Assembly: GCA_964016885.1 (NCBI GenBank)
Contig: OZ024743.1
Location: 247,256,001 to 247,320,000 of the forward strand
DNA: 64,000 bases
DNA from: Eledone cirrhosa
Taxonomy: Eukaryota
Direction of reading: 5' to 3'
Every line of letters begins with the position of its first letter. Within the stretch, counting starts at the first letter, position 1. Shown piece after piece: positions 24,475 to 38,800 of the stretch. The notes beneath the pieces were generated by a model, which worked only from the letters and a program-made list of their open reading frames with translations, was not told the DNA's origin and ran no database searches. The position numbers were made by a program, and so were the translations under genes.

Positions 24475-26565
24475 AGGCTCCAGAATCCTGGAATTCTGTG
24501 ACGCAAATAACCTAACTATCTGTAACACTAACTTCAAAAAAACGTGACAATCACCTGATCACCTATAGATCCGGGGAACACACAAGCCAGGTAGATTATA
24601 TCCTTACCAGAAGACGTGACAGAGTGTCTGTTGTAAACACTAAATCCCTCCCCCATGAAGAATGCACCTCCCAACATAGACTGATAATTAGCGACCTCAT
24701 AGTCAGGACGAGACGTACTCGACAGCAGAAAAGGACTATCCTCAGGAGAAAAATATGGAAGCTAAAGGACCCCACAGCCAGAAATAAATTTCAAAGCATA
24801 TTACTTGATGCTTTCGACAGTAAGGAAGAGCATTTAGAGTCGGACAATATAGAGAGACAGTGGGAATTTCTGAAAGCAAACCTGCTGATGGCGACAGACG
24901 AAGTCTGTGGCTGGAGCAGGCCTGTAGGCAGGAGGAGAGTAACATGGTGGTGGAACAGTAAGGTGGAGGGGTCAATTAAAGCCAAAAAGCAGGCTTGGAA
25001 AGTATGGCGGGATGGGGAAAGTAGAGAAGACTATCAAGTGGCCAGGAGGGAAGCTAGGAGACAAGTGTACTTCGCAAGAAGGGAAGCAGAGGAAAGAAAG
25101 TTCAAGCATGTTCTACAACGCGAGGACCAAAAACGTGACGTGTTCAGGATTGCTAGGCAATGCGTCAAGGAAAACCGTGATATTGTCGGGGAGAAGTGTG
25201 TACTTAATGATGACAGCGTACTTGCCATCACCGACGCTGATAAGAAGGTAGCTTGGAAGTGTCACTATGAAAGGCTACTAAATGAGGAGAATAAATGGGA
25301 GAAAGACAGTCTCCCCCACATCGACCCAATAGAGGGACCAGCAGTGTTAGTCGAGGGGAGTATAATAAGTAAGGCAATCAAGGATATGAAGACGGGTAAG
25401 GCGGCTGGGCCTTCGGAAATAGTTGCGGAGATGCTGAAGGCATCTGGCACGGTGGGACACACCATGGTCACCCGCATAGTTAACCAAGTCATACAGAATG
25501 GGGTTGTTCCGAAGGACTGGCATAGCAGCATCATCGTGAACTGTTATAAGGGTAAAGGAGATGCCCTAGATAGGAGTAACTATAGAGGCATTAAATTAAT
25601 CGACCAGGTCATGAAGGTCACGGAAAAAGTAATAGCGCAACTAATCAGAGAGAGAATTGACCTAGATGAAATGCAGTTTGGGTTTGTGTCAGGCAAAAGT
25701 ACCACAGACGCTCTTTTCATTGTACGACAACTACAGGAGAAGTACCTAGCTAAAGGTAAACCCCTCTACTTAGCTTTTGTCGACTTGGAGAAAGCCTTCG
25801 ACAGAGTCCCCCGCTCCATTATCTGGTGGGCTCTTAGAAAACTAGGTGTTGACGAATGGCTTGTGAGAGCCATACAAGCCATGTATAAAGAAACAGTCAG
25901 CAAGGTTAGAATTAACAACGAAGAGAGTTAAGAGTTTAGCGTAAAAGTTGGTGTCCATCAGGGCTCTGTTCTCAGCCCCCTACTATTTATTATTGCCCTT
26001 CAGGCTATAACAGAGGAGTTCAAGACCGGCTGCCCATGGGAACTCCTATACGCAGACGACCTGACACTCATAGCTGAATCAATGGCCGAGCTAGAGAAGA
26101 AATTCCAAACATGGAAGCACGGCCTAGAATCAAAAGGCCTTAAAATTAACCCGGCTAAGACTAAAGTTCTAGTTTGTAGGAAAGAAAATAAGGCGGCGGT
26201 CCCTTCTGGGAAATGGTCATGCTCAGTGTGTAGGAAAGGCGTAGGTAGAAACTCCATTTTATGTCCTAAATGCAAAGTATGGGTGCATAAAAGATGTAGT
26301 GGGATCACAGGTAAGCTAACTAAGAACATAGATTTCACATGTGGCCGGTGCTCTGGTGCAATAAGTAGCAGCAAGTGCCCACAAAATACTAGCTCTTTCA
26401 ATTGTGCAGAGGGTTCTATAGAAATAGTGGACAGCTTCCGTTACCTGGGCGATAAAATCAGCAGTGGGGGAGGGTGCTCTGAAAGTACAGTAGCTAGAGG
26501 GGAATACCCCCGTCCAAACCCATGCAAGCGTGGAACACGGACGTTAAACGTTGATGATGATGATG
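24475..26565 (+). mobile_element. 5'-truncated RTE LINE with a deletion joining the RT thumb directly to the 3' tail
   Basis: 435-aa ORF 24624-25931 plus 26082-26497 (RT motifs, intact C4HC3 finger, FRYLG). It jumps at about 26497 to cccgtccaaacccatgcaagcgtggaacacggacgttaaacgtt(gat)n. Confidence 0.95.
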
Positions 26566-27006
26566 ATATATATATATATATATTATATATATATATGTAT
26601 GAATGAATGAATGAATGAAGTAATTCCATCGGAAAGGTCCAGGAAAAAAGAGTGCTCTATGTAGGTTACAGAGCTTAATAGTTATGTAATAAACAACAAG
26701 GTAATTATTTCATTTACCAGTGGTTTCTTGAAAGCAAACATGTATGTATGTGTATATATATATATATATACGATATTAAATAAATGGAAACTATATTTAT
26801 AAAACCATATTTATTTCACTATACATATTTCAGGGATACCAGATTAAAAAACTTGTCGAGTGCTTTATATCAGTTATAAAATATTTACTTGTTGTATCCC
26901 AACAATTTTAAATAGAACTTTTGCATATATATATAACCTCCTCCTATATATATATATATATTTAAGAGTTAAATAAGGTTCAATGAATACTTCTAAGAAT
27001 GAGTTT

Positions 27007-27092
27007 TACACACATACATGTGTGTGTATGTATTTGTATGTATGTGTGTGTGTATATGTATGTATATGTATGTGTGTATATATATATATATG

Positions 27093-27149
<57 letters not shown>

Positions 27150-27425
27150 ATGTATGTGTGTGTATGTATTTATTTTTATGTGTGTATGTGCAATTGTGTG
27201 TATTGCTTACCACGTTGTATATGTGTATGATTGTGTGTATGTATGTATATATAGATAGATGTATGTATGTATGTATGTATATATGTATATATATATAGAC
27301 ATGTGTGTGTGTGTGTTTGTGTATTTGTATGTATGTGTATGTTGATATATATGTGTGTATGTATGTATATGTATGTGTACGTGTATGGATATGTGTATGT
27401 ATATATATATATATGTGTATATGTG

Positions 27426-27490
<65 letters not shown>

Positions 27491-27542
27491 ATGTATATAT
27501 GTGTGTGTATGTAATTGTGTGTGTGTGTGTGTGCATGTGTGT
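27007..27542. repeat. Compound (TG)/(TA)/(TATG) microsatellite
   Basis: Visible directly in the sequence. Confidence 0.95.
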
Positions 27543-27726
27543 TTATTTTTCCTTTCTTTCTTCCTTTTCCAGCCTCACTTTCATATAGATTATATTTTTG
27601 TTTTTTAAAATCCAATGTCAATAAATACACCAGGATTTTGTCATTGATGATTGAAAGCAAAATTTGTTTGCTTTCAAGAAACCACTGGTAAATGAAATAA
27701 TTGTCTTATGTTGTTTACTACATAAC

Positions 27727-27727
<1 letters not shown>

Positions 27728-27768
<41 letters not shown>

Positions 27769-27971
27769 CATATATACATATACACATATACATATATACA
27801 TATACATATATATACATAATATATATACATATATATACATATACATATATATACATAATATATATACATATATATACATATACATATATATACATAATAT
27901 ATATACATATATATAGATATATATATATATACATAATATATATACATATATATAGATATATATATATATAC

Positions 27972-28002
<31 letters not shown>

Positions 28003-28058
28003 CATATACATAATATATATACATATATATACATATATATATATATACATATATATAC

Positions 28059-28089
<31 letters not shown>

Positions 28090-28290
28090 CATATATATAT
28101 ATACATATACATATAAATATATATATATACATATACATATATACATATATACATACATATATATATATATATACATATATACATATATACATATACATAT
28201 ATACATATATATATATATATACATATATACATATATATATATATATACATATATACATATATATATATATATACATATATACATATATAC

Positions 28291-28321
<31 letters not shown>

Positions 28322-28376
28322 CATATATACATATATATATATATATACATATATACATATATACATATATACATAT
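27728..28376. repeat. Compound (TA)/(TACA) microsatellite with higher-order units of about 38 bp
   Basis: Visible directly; repeated acataatatatatacat units. Confidence 0.95.
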
Positions 28377-28377
28377 A

Positions 28378-29700
28378 ATCATCATCATCATCATCAACGT
28401 TTAACGTCCGTGTTCCACGCTTGCATGGGTTTGGACGGGGGTAGTCCCACTTGAGGCAAGAGTGATTGTCTTGCTCGCATAGGACTGTCTGGCAGGTTTT
28501 CTACAGTTGGATGCCCTTCCTAACACCAACCACATTTACAGTGTGGGTCTGGGAGGTTTTTATCGTGTTGCCTACACGGCCACATTACAGCGTGGACTGT
28601 GTGTTTTTTTGTCGTGACACCTACACGATCTCATTTGTTTCGGCCTGGATGGCGCGGCACCAACATAACTTTACATAGAACGGGGTGGTGTGGATGGGGT
28701 GGGGGTGGGGGTGGTGGGACGGGGTGTATTTTGTTAGAGATGCCTACTGGCTGGAGTAGGTTTTACTATATATTTAGGTAAGGCGGGTCTTCTCTGTTAC
28801 TGAGTACCGCCAAAGGTCTCGGTCCAGTGACATTGTCTTGGAGAGGTGTAAGTGTGTGAGGTCGGAGTTTATCAGCTCGTCCCAGGTTTTTCTAGGTCTG
28901 CCTATTCCGTGGCTACCGTCTATCTTTATTGCCCTGCACTTTGTTATACAGCTATCGACTTTCATGCGCATCACGTGTCCATACCAACGTATTAGACACT
29001 ATCTGCCTGTCCCGCTGCCTAACTAGCAGGAAGTCAATCTGGCTTATGTGCTCACCAGATTTGTAGGTTATTAGGTGATTGGCAGGTTTCTGGAAGTTTG
29101 TGTTGCAAATAGTCAATGTACCCGCATCACAAAATTCAAGAAGTCTCACTCCTTCTTCATTTCTTGAACCGTAACCGTGCCCACCATGTACCCCAGTGTA
29201 ACCATCCTGGAGCTGTCCAACATGACCATTGAAATCTCCTGCTAGCATAACAATGTCTCCGTCCTCTGTCATTGCGGTTGTTTGCAAAAGTTGCTCATAA
29301 AAGCAGTCTTTCTCATCTTTGCCTAGGCCTGCTTGGGGAGCATAGGCCGAGATGATTGTCTGTAGTCTCCTACCTACAACTAATCTAAGCTTAATTATTC
29401 GATTACTAACTCGAACTACCTCTATTGTCTTATTGATCCATTTCTCAGCCAGGAAAATGCCTACTCCCCCTAGCCCATCATCCTTACCTACCCAGAATAG
29501 CTTATAGCTAAGACGCTTGCCTACGACTAGTCTCGCAGAGGCACCTCTCCATCTCACCTCTTGCACGCAGCACACATCCACCTGCCTTCTCTCCAGCATC
29601 TCCGCTATTTCAGCAGATCTACCTCTGAGAGTGCCAACATTAAGTGTTGTAAAATGGAGGGGTAGAGAGGGCCCTTGAGTCTAGTAAGACATCCTCTCTA
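28378..29700 (-). mobile_element. Internally deleted RTE (endonuclease domain fused to 3' end)
   Basis: ORF 28952-29599 is an uninterrupted APE domain. At about 28990 the sequence switches to the WYGHVMRM...KTRLT C-terminus, the 3' UTR and the (GAT)n tail. The RT is absent. Confidence 0.93.
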
Positions 29701-29806
29701 GTGCTGATGGCACAAATAAAAGCACCCAGTCCATGCTGTCAAGTGGCGCTGGTGTTAGGAAGGGCATCCAACCAGTGTATCAATGCCAAAACTCTTATCA
29801 GCACAG

Positions 29807-29853
<47 letters not shown>

Positions 29854-32800
29854 CAACATATATATATAACACTTAAAATGGCATGTTGATATCTAAAACT
29901 TGGTGGTTGTTTCTAATTAAACCATGAAATGCCTCCAGGATCAGCTACTCAATTTTAGAGTTTTTAAAAAAATGTACATAATCAGTAAATTGAACCTTTC
30001 AATTACATAAGCTCTATGTTGACTGTCAGTATTCATTATGTTGATGAGGTAGAAAAAAAACAGAATTGTGTGTGGGGTGGGGGTATAAAGTGTTGCTTTA
30101 CCCCTTTCAATATCAACCCATCAAAAACTGCCTCTGCTTCGATGAAACAAATCCACCCATTTTTAAGTGTTCCTATTTAAATTAAAATCTTCCAACATAA
30201 TTTGATGTTGGAGCATGCCATGCTCCATGGCAAAAAGTTACATCCCTTTAACGATCTGAATTCAAATCCCTCTGAGGTTAGCACCAGTAATGTACTGGGG
30301 TCGATTTAATCGACTTTCCCCATCCTCAAAATTACTGGCCTTGTGTATAATGCAGAAATCATAATTTGATTTAAGAACCATTTTTAAGTTAGTTAGAAAT
30401 AACATTTTAATGAAATAATTATAGTAAATTGCTCAAAAAAAAGGATTAATAAAGCCTCAACATAAAACATTATCAAGCATGGAGTCATTTACTCTAGCAT
30501 TATAATTTAATAATTCTGACACCAACTGATCTGAGACTGACTCAGATATAAACCTGACCATTTTGACGTTTTAATATTTAAATTAAAGCTTTCCACAGTA
30601 AATTTTATGTAAGTTATGTTCTGACACCAACTTTGATATTGGCTAATTTAGTTAGTTTACTTGAACAGGACACTAGTCTGTTGCAAGTTTATATACAATT
30701 GTTGTTGGTCATAATTTTCAGCTGAGTCAACTGGAGAAATATGAAATGAAGTGCTTGTTCAAGGACACAACATAATACCTACAACCTTATGATTGTGAGA
30801 GCAACACACTAGCCACTATGCCACATAGAAAACTGACCATTTTGAAATTTTAATATTTAAGTTAAAACCTTCCACCACTACTTTATACAAAAACATTTTG
30901 CTAAGTTCCAAACACAGTTTCTTTAAAAAGTGTTTATGTTTATCTAAAAGCCTTCTATCATAACTTTATGTAAGAACCTTTGCTAAGTTATGTTCAAAAT
31001 GAGAAAGGTATTTTACTAAGTCCCTTCAAATTCTGGGTTATTTTCAACATTAAGTGAAACACATGAACAGTGCATTTCATTAGAAAATATTGTCATGAAA
31101 GGTATAAATGGCTGCATTGATCTTGATATACTGGCTTTCCACTACTTAAACACTGTCACTCTTTTTTAAACCTTGATTATTGGGTTTGCTGTATTGTTGT
31201 ATTGATTAAGGTTTGGAAAATAAGGTCACCACAGGACATAAAACAAAAATACATTATACAATATTTGCCTGTTGTGTTGGTAGATCTATCAAGTCAGTAA
31301 AAGTTCATACAATGATTAATATAATATCTTTAGTTTAAAATGTAAATGCTCAGTATGTTATTCCTCATCATTGTTTAATGTCCACATTTCTTGCTAGCAA
31401 GGGTTGGATGGGTTGTCATTGGACCAAGTTGGTACTGATCCCACAATGGGCTGGAAGTCTGCATTCTTGCTTACATATGATCCTGTACATTATCGAGTGC
31501 ATTTTATCATGACACCAACATGAGGGATGTTGTCATGTCTTTGACATAACTAGGAATCCTCTCAACAATTTGTTTAGCGGATTTTCAATGGCTGGATGCC
31601 CCTCCTATAACCAACCACTCAACAGGGTGTACTGGGTGCATTTATCATGTAAATCACCAACACTATAAAAAATATAATTGCAGGACTTCCAATATCTGAG
31701 AGATAAGAAATTTTATCAAATTGTATATACATCTGTATGACTCTACTAAAAGGCAGCAAATTGGCAGTCATTAGAATGGTGGATAGAATGCATTGTGGTA
31801 TTTATTTTGGCTCTTGGTGTTCTGAGTTCAAATCCTACAGAAGTCAGCTTTCCCTTTCATCCTTTTGAGGTAATAAATAAAGTACCAGTCCAAAACTGGG
31901 GTTGATTCTTCCTCTATATCCCTTTCTCACATCCTATCGCTCACATTCTCTACTTCTCTGAAGTTGGGCTCTGTCAGGTTTAAAATACCCAAGACATTGG
32001 GAGTTATGGGACCATACATAGATAGCTTTACTTAAAAACAAGAGTAGGTTAGCTCAATAATGAATTTCTGTTCCAATAACAATTCTATCAAACACAAAAT
32101 ATTATGTTCAGATTACTCCATCAGAATGGAGAGTTATTTCAAATTATGAGTTGCTAAACAGAGTATGAGTGTATGCAGTTAGTGAACTAAACAATGTTTC
32201 CTTTAAGCTGTGCAGATGCACAGCTGCACATTTACTGTAATGGTATATTTAATATAGCCTAGTTAAGGAAGAATTGATTAAGATTTTTATAAACTGTTGT
32301 GTATTTGAATAAATTCAGTGAAAACAGCAACTTTGAACAGTAATTTGCTACAGACAGTTCTGATAGCCATAAATACACAAAGATGGCAAATTGTTAGTGT
32401 CAAACAAAACACTGTGGTATTTGTCTTGGCACTTTGCCTTCTGAGTCCAAATCCTACTGAATTGTAGTTTTAAACCACTGCCTGGTTTAACACCACAACC
32501 ATCTGGTCCTTGAATGCCTTTAGCAGAATCCACTCAACTAAAGGCATTTGAGCCAGGCCTCTAGTTTGAGGATACATTACTCCCTCTTTTCCATCAATTT
32601 CAAAGGTCCTGAAAAGGGATATGGGTAACTACCTCCTTCCTTCTTTGACTAAACAGTAAAATGAAAAAAAAATTACAAAGCTTAGCAAAATGCTCCACTT
32701 CGCAACCAGCTAAAAGAAATGAGTTGTGTTTGTGAATCAAAAAGTAAGCCTTGCCACACAGTGTGTCATGCTGAATCTCCCTGTTAACATATTAAAGGTA

Positions 32801-34839
32801 CACGTATCTGTGAAATGCTTACTCATGTGCACATTAATTCCATGTTTCATTGGTCAAACAATTTGGTCAAACAATTTGAACATGTGTCATCAGAACTTAT
32901 AGAAGTTCGACACATCAATGTTAGAAATCAATGCTGTTATGTGATTGAAAGTAGTTACAGCTGCTAGATACATTGAAATGAGACATCCAAAGAACAGATT
33001 TAAAAAAAATACAGATAGCATTTGTTGAGTTCATTAGTGTCTAATGAAAACAATACTAAAATATCTATTAATCAATTACATTCGCTGTTGTGAAGCATAT
33101 ATTTTCTCACAAGCCACAGCTATTTCTGAGTGAGATAAAAGCATCATGGACAATAAGCTGATAGACAGTTTTTCAGTCACAATATTGTAAAATAATAGGG
33201 AAGATCATGTTTTAGCTCTATTCAGATTTGTGTTCAATAATTACAGTTTTTCTGGGTTCTTTCAAAACTTGTAAGTGCAGATTGTTGTGACAGCTTACAC
33301 CTATGTAGGTTTAGTTTGGTTCTATGAGGTTCCATATCTCAGGGTTCTTGGGTGTTTTAATGATAGAGGTCTCAGGCTTGTCATAAAAACACTCCTCCTT
33401 GAACTAGATACCAGTCCATTACTGCTGCTGATGGCAGTCCTCTTTTTTTTCAGCTGAGTGAAATGATGTACCTTACTCAAGAACACAAGCCACCTGGTTA
33501 GGAACTAAATCCTTGGCCATATGATTGAGTTCAACATCCTAACCACTGGGCCACACACCTTCACTACAAATTAGCCCATTTTGAAATGTTTATATCAAAA
33601 GCATTCTGCATTATACCCAAAATAAAGTTCAAAAAGAATTTTATCCGAGAGAAAGTGTGTAGAAAGTGAAAGATTCTTTTGTCAATGCCAGATTCTAAAC
33701 AGAGCAATCAAGTGGACAGACAAATAGGAACCCCATATACAATAAGACACCTTAAGGTACATAAGGAGTAATGTAGTTTAAATTATCAACTAGAGTTCTG
33801 TCAAGAATACAATAAGCCATAGAAACCATGCCAAACAAAGGGTTGAGAGGATTCTTCAGTTGTGTGAAAGACATAACATCCCTAGTGCTAGTGCCTTGAG
33901 AAAATGCACCCAATAGTGTGTAAAGTTGTTGGTGATAGGAAGGGCATCCAGCTGAAGAAAGCATGTCAAAACTGGAATATATTTAAGAAAGCCATGACCT
34001 CCAGCCCATCTGGATGGACAGCCACTTGGATTAAGTATTAACTTGTTGCTATGGGACAACCTATCCAACTCATGCCAGCCTAGAAAAATGGATGTTAAAT
34101 GATGATAATGATGATATATAGATTAAAAACAGAATGGAAATATTTATGAGAGCTGGTCAAACAAGAAGTATGACAAAAAGAATAAATGAAACATTTAACC
34201 CTGTTGATACTAAACCACCTATTTTAATGTATTTATATTTATCAAAAAACCCTCCATCATAGTTTTATGCAAGAACTTTAGTTAGGTTGTGTTCCAAACA
34301 CCAGCTTAATGAGAAAATTAGTTACATTACTAAATCTCTCCAAATTCTTCATTATTTTAAAATTAATTTGAAAACCATACACAGTGTCCTTTTTTCAGAA
34401 ATATGGTAATGAAAGAGTTATTGTATATCTGATATTGCTTCTTCAAGGTAATCTTTCATATTATTTCTACAAGAAAATAAATTATTCACTTTTTAACTAT
34501 GATCCTATCCCACATTCATATTCATTAAACCCCTGATCAGGAATAACTGAGATGATGAAAATACCAAGATATTGTCATACTAAATATTTACTTATTTCAG
34601 GAGATTGTGTACAAAAGAGTTACTTTGATGACAAGTCTATCAGAAAGAGTTATAATAAAGTTGAGAAATAAATAATTTGGATAAAAGGCAATTTTATTTT
34701 GTACCAGAATGTAAATCCACAAATGTTATATATCTGATCTAACACTGGAAGAAAAGTATTTGTCAAAACACATAGGTGCAGGCCTGGTTATGTGGTTAAG
34801 AAGTTCGCATCACAACTGCATGGTCTTGACTTCTGGACA

Positions 34840-35230
34840 GTAAGGGCTGGACGAAGTGGTTAGTGAAAGGCCTGGGGTGTTGGACATAGCATGGATGATG
34901 AGTGGAGAAAAGACATGTCTGTCAGCTCGCTCAAAGGAACAAATGCCAGTAGAAATAGAGAGAAGACAGTACATCTGTCAAACAGAGGCTGGAGTGTCTT
35001 TGAATGGCTTTCTGCTATTACGTCAAGTAGCTTTTCTCTGGATTAGGTTCTATATGAGCAACAGCAGCACTGTCCCAGATGCAAACGCAGTGCTACATTG
35101 GAGGTACCACCTGAGTTTTGTAGAGGGTTAGTAATTGTTGGAGGATGAAGTATTTTGGGGCTCTGATGGTATTGTGCATCTAACTTTTGTACATTCTACT
35201 ACCACCAGTTTGTAGATGGACAATAGATGC
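34840..35230 (-). mobile_element. Degenerate CR1/Jockey-group LINE 3' ORF2 fragment
   Basis: Minus strand reads RAPKYFILQQLLTLYKTQVVPPM*HCVCIWDSAA, resembling LLTLYKAQVRP.LEYC..IW. Confidence 0.6.
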
Positions 35231-35677
35231 AATGTTTAACTTACAAATGCTAAAACTAAAGCCAAAGAGATAAACAAAATAATTAACATAAGAACACAAA
35301 TAGGACCAATTTTGATTGGGATAACCATCTTCTACATGTTATTTACATAATTATTTACCAAAATTTCTTTTCAAAATGACATGAGAGTGAGTACAATGGA
35401 AACTTCTCTAGGCAGATAAAGTGGTTCTCATAAAAGAATCATTCAAAGAACTACAAAATGAATTTGAAGCATTAAGAAATTTAGTCAAAGAAATTGATGT
35501 GTGATTCAGCAAAGGTTAAATTGAAGATCAGAACAATAATAACAAAAACAACATCTTTAAGAACACAGTCAAATAAAATATAAAATCAAACTATTCAACA
35601 TTAACATTGTGGTTACATTTGCATTAGAATTAAACATTCTAAGCAAATTATATTTAATAAAATTTTTCCACACTTAC

Positions 35678-35820
35678 TTTCGCCATCCTATGAGAGGTTT
35701 CTGTCGTTCTATGTCACTTTGAAAAAGAAGTGACAAAGAAGCCAAACTCCAAGCTAGTAGCAGAAGAAATCCTGCAATCAGGATCCGTATAGGTGCAATT
35801 GTGAAAGACATCAATCCAAT
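35678..35820 (-). CDS. LPCAT: Internal coding exon of an LPCAT1/LPCAT2-like lysophospholipid acyltransferase (N-terminal membrane segment)
   Basis: Minus strand reads tttatttcag|ATTGGATTG...GGATGGCGAAA|gtaagt. 143 nt, phase 0 to phase 2. Translation IGLMSFTIAPIRILIAGFLLLLAWSLASLSLLFQSDIERQKPLIGWR matches the LPCAT P-I/V-R...LLLAW...P..GWR segment. It splices in frame to the exon at 13255-13472. Confidence 0.93.
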
Positions 35821-38800
35821 CTGAAATAAAATTAGAAAGTATAGATATCATTAATGAGCTACACTTACAATGATAAAAAAAACAAATGTTTGAAAAACAT
35901 TTTAGCTGCTAAAACAGGGGCTAGCCTTGTAAACTCCTTGCCAAGCTTCGCTATTTTGCTCTATCATCTGCATCCCTCCTCAATATGCTGGCATTCATTT
36001 CCTCCTCCATCATCTTTAGCCATATCTTTCTTGGCATTCTTTCCATCACTCTTCTCACCCAGTCACTTTCATCCTTCCTTAATACATGACCCAGCTATCT
36101 AATTATATTTCTCTTCACAACATTCATTACTGGCTCTATTTTTATCTTATGTAATTCATTGTGTGTGTGTATTCAGTTCAGAATAGTTGCACTATATCTT
36201 TGCATGGGCATCTGACTGTAAAACAAAGCTTCACAAAGGACACCATGATGAGTATAATAAACTACACTTAATACACTAAAAATATAAAACAATTCATATC
36301 ATATATAAGTCCTTTGAGTATGAGTGAACAAATAGCATATATACTCGTAGATAAGTCACACATACTTTGTTTGCAATATTCTAACTTCAGCATTTGACTC
36401 ATATATAAGGAACATGCTTTTTGTAAACAATGTTTGCAAAGTATGGTATATGCAGCATCTAATGGCCAGACAATAAAAAATTGTATATATGTGGCAGACA
36501 TATATATAATTTCACAGATCAGTCACAATAACCTCAAATGGCGCAGGCTTCTCTCTCTTTAATGCAAATCACGAATGGGACTTTAATTCAAATGATTGTT
36601 TTTCTAGATTTTATTTTGAATAGGAGAGGGTATGTTTCAAATTGTTTTCATAAACTGAAATTAGGAGAGGATAAAACATTTTAACCCTTCTGTTACAAAA
36701 CTGCATGAAACTGCCCTTGGTTATACAATACAAAACTGTTTTAAAGTGACAATATCTATCTAAAATCCTTTTATCATAATTTTCTGTAAGAACTTTTATT
36801 AAGCTATTTTCAAAACACCTACTTAATAATACTTTCTAAGTCAGGCACAAGGCCAGCAATTTTGAGGGAAGCAGGAACTCGATTAAATCAACCCCAGTAC
36901 TCAAGTGGTGCTTTATTTTATCAACTCTGGAAAGCTGAAAGGGAAAACTGACCTCAACATTTTGATGTTGCCAAGTATCAACTAATTTACAGGGTCTACA
37001 GAGTGCTAAGCATTCATACAAGACTAATGATTCAACCAATTCAAGCCCCTCAAACACCTACTTTTTAATGAGCAAGTCATATTACCAACTCCCTTTGAAT
37101 TCTTGATTAATTGTAAATTATAGGCAATAATTTCATAAGAAATATGGTAACATTTACATTACTCTATATTTACTATTGTATTTTCAAGGTAAAGGCTTTA
37201 CTTCACATAATTATCTCACATAATATTGAATCTACGAGATTTTGATGTTATTTATTTTGAGACGAATACCATAACATAAGTATGAACAGCCAGTTATGGC
37301 CGGTTTGAACAGAAAGGGGTGAAAGAATTGTGGCCAGATACTGACAGTTTAAATGCCAACGGGTTAAACCAAAATTGAAATTTGAACTTGGTTTTGAATT
37401 AATATTTTTTTAAACCTCTCAAATTCAAATTCTAATTTTTTCTTCCTTACTAGTTTTATTGAGTTCATAAAATCATTCCTGCTTTTTGTCAACTTAAAAT
37501 GTCAAACAAAAATAAAGCAAACAAAGAAATTCTCAACAAGGATGTAAGCAATTAAATTTTCTTGACCAATGTCAATAGTAGTATGGAAATTTGAAGTATT
37601 TTACTCTTCTTTACCCACATACAGTATTAAACCTTTCATTACCATATTTCTAATGAAAGATACTGCCTATGATTTTCAAGTAATTTTGAAAATAACCAAG
37701 ATGGATTTAGTAAAAAAAAAACTCATTATTAAGTTGGTGTTTGAAGCATAACTAAAAGTTTCTTACATCAAATTTTGATGGAAGGTTTTTAGATAAATAT
37801 AAACACTTTAAAATATACAGTTTAATACCATACACCCAAAAACAGTGTCAAGTAGTCTGGTATCAAAAGGGTTAACTTCCACTAATACACACACAGACAC
37901 ACATTCAGTATAAAAGTTTCCCTAACATACACAGAAACACACATATAGACAGTCCTGGCATCTGACATTTGTTGCATATACTGCTTTGGCATCTTTGTGA
38001 AATGAAATTTAAGTCTAAATTACTTACAATCTATTATTCAACTTTGTATAATATTTACTTCAGTACTATATAAATTAGTCTGGTCACAAATGTCAGACAA
38101 AACTAATCTCTAAAAGTTCAGATTGTACATTTTTTGTGTTACTCTGTAAAAAAAAAAAAAAAAAAAAAAACTTGCTGTATGGTTTCTTGCTTTGATATTA
38201 TGCCAGTAAGAACAAAACATAGCTTCTGCAGTTGAAACTGATTGTGAAGGTCATCATCTTAATTAGCTGTCTTAGTTAATTAGAAGTGCATTAGATGAAA
38301 AAGAAGTCAAAAGAATTATGCTGACCTAGAAGAAAAAGAATTAGTTACTTTATTCAAAGCAGTAAAGAAACAGAAATTTGTGAACAATATGTTTAAACAA
38401 TAGACAAAAATGTTTTATAAATATATTTCTTGGTTTAGGTCAAAACTACAATTTTACAATGTATTAATTAGACTAACAGGAATACGATAGAAAGATATCC
38501 TCAAACTGGAGATCTGCCCTAAATGCTTACAACAGGGTGAACTCTGCTAAAGGCAGTCAAAGGTCAGGTGGTAGTGTTAAACTGGGAGACAGATTAAATC
38601 TACTACCCAAATAGACCACAGCAAGATTTGAACTCAAAACAGAAGAGGCAGGAGTAAATACTGAAAGGAATCTTGTCTGATGCTCTAACAATTCTGCCAG
38701 TCCACCACTCTAGACTGGTACTATTTTATTGACTCCAAAAGAATGAAAAGGAAAATTGACCTCACTAGGATTTGAACTCAGAAGGCAAAAAGTCAGAACA

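Noticed and set aside
26980-28397. Multiple Y/I/V/C/M-rich ORFs
   Set aside because: These are translations of compound microsatellites.
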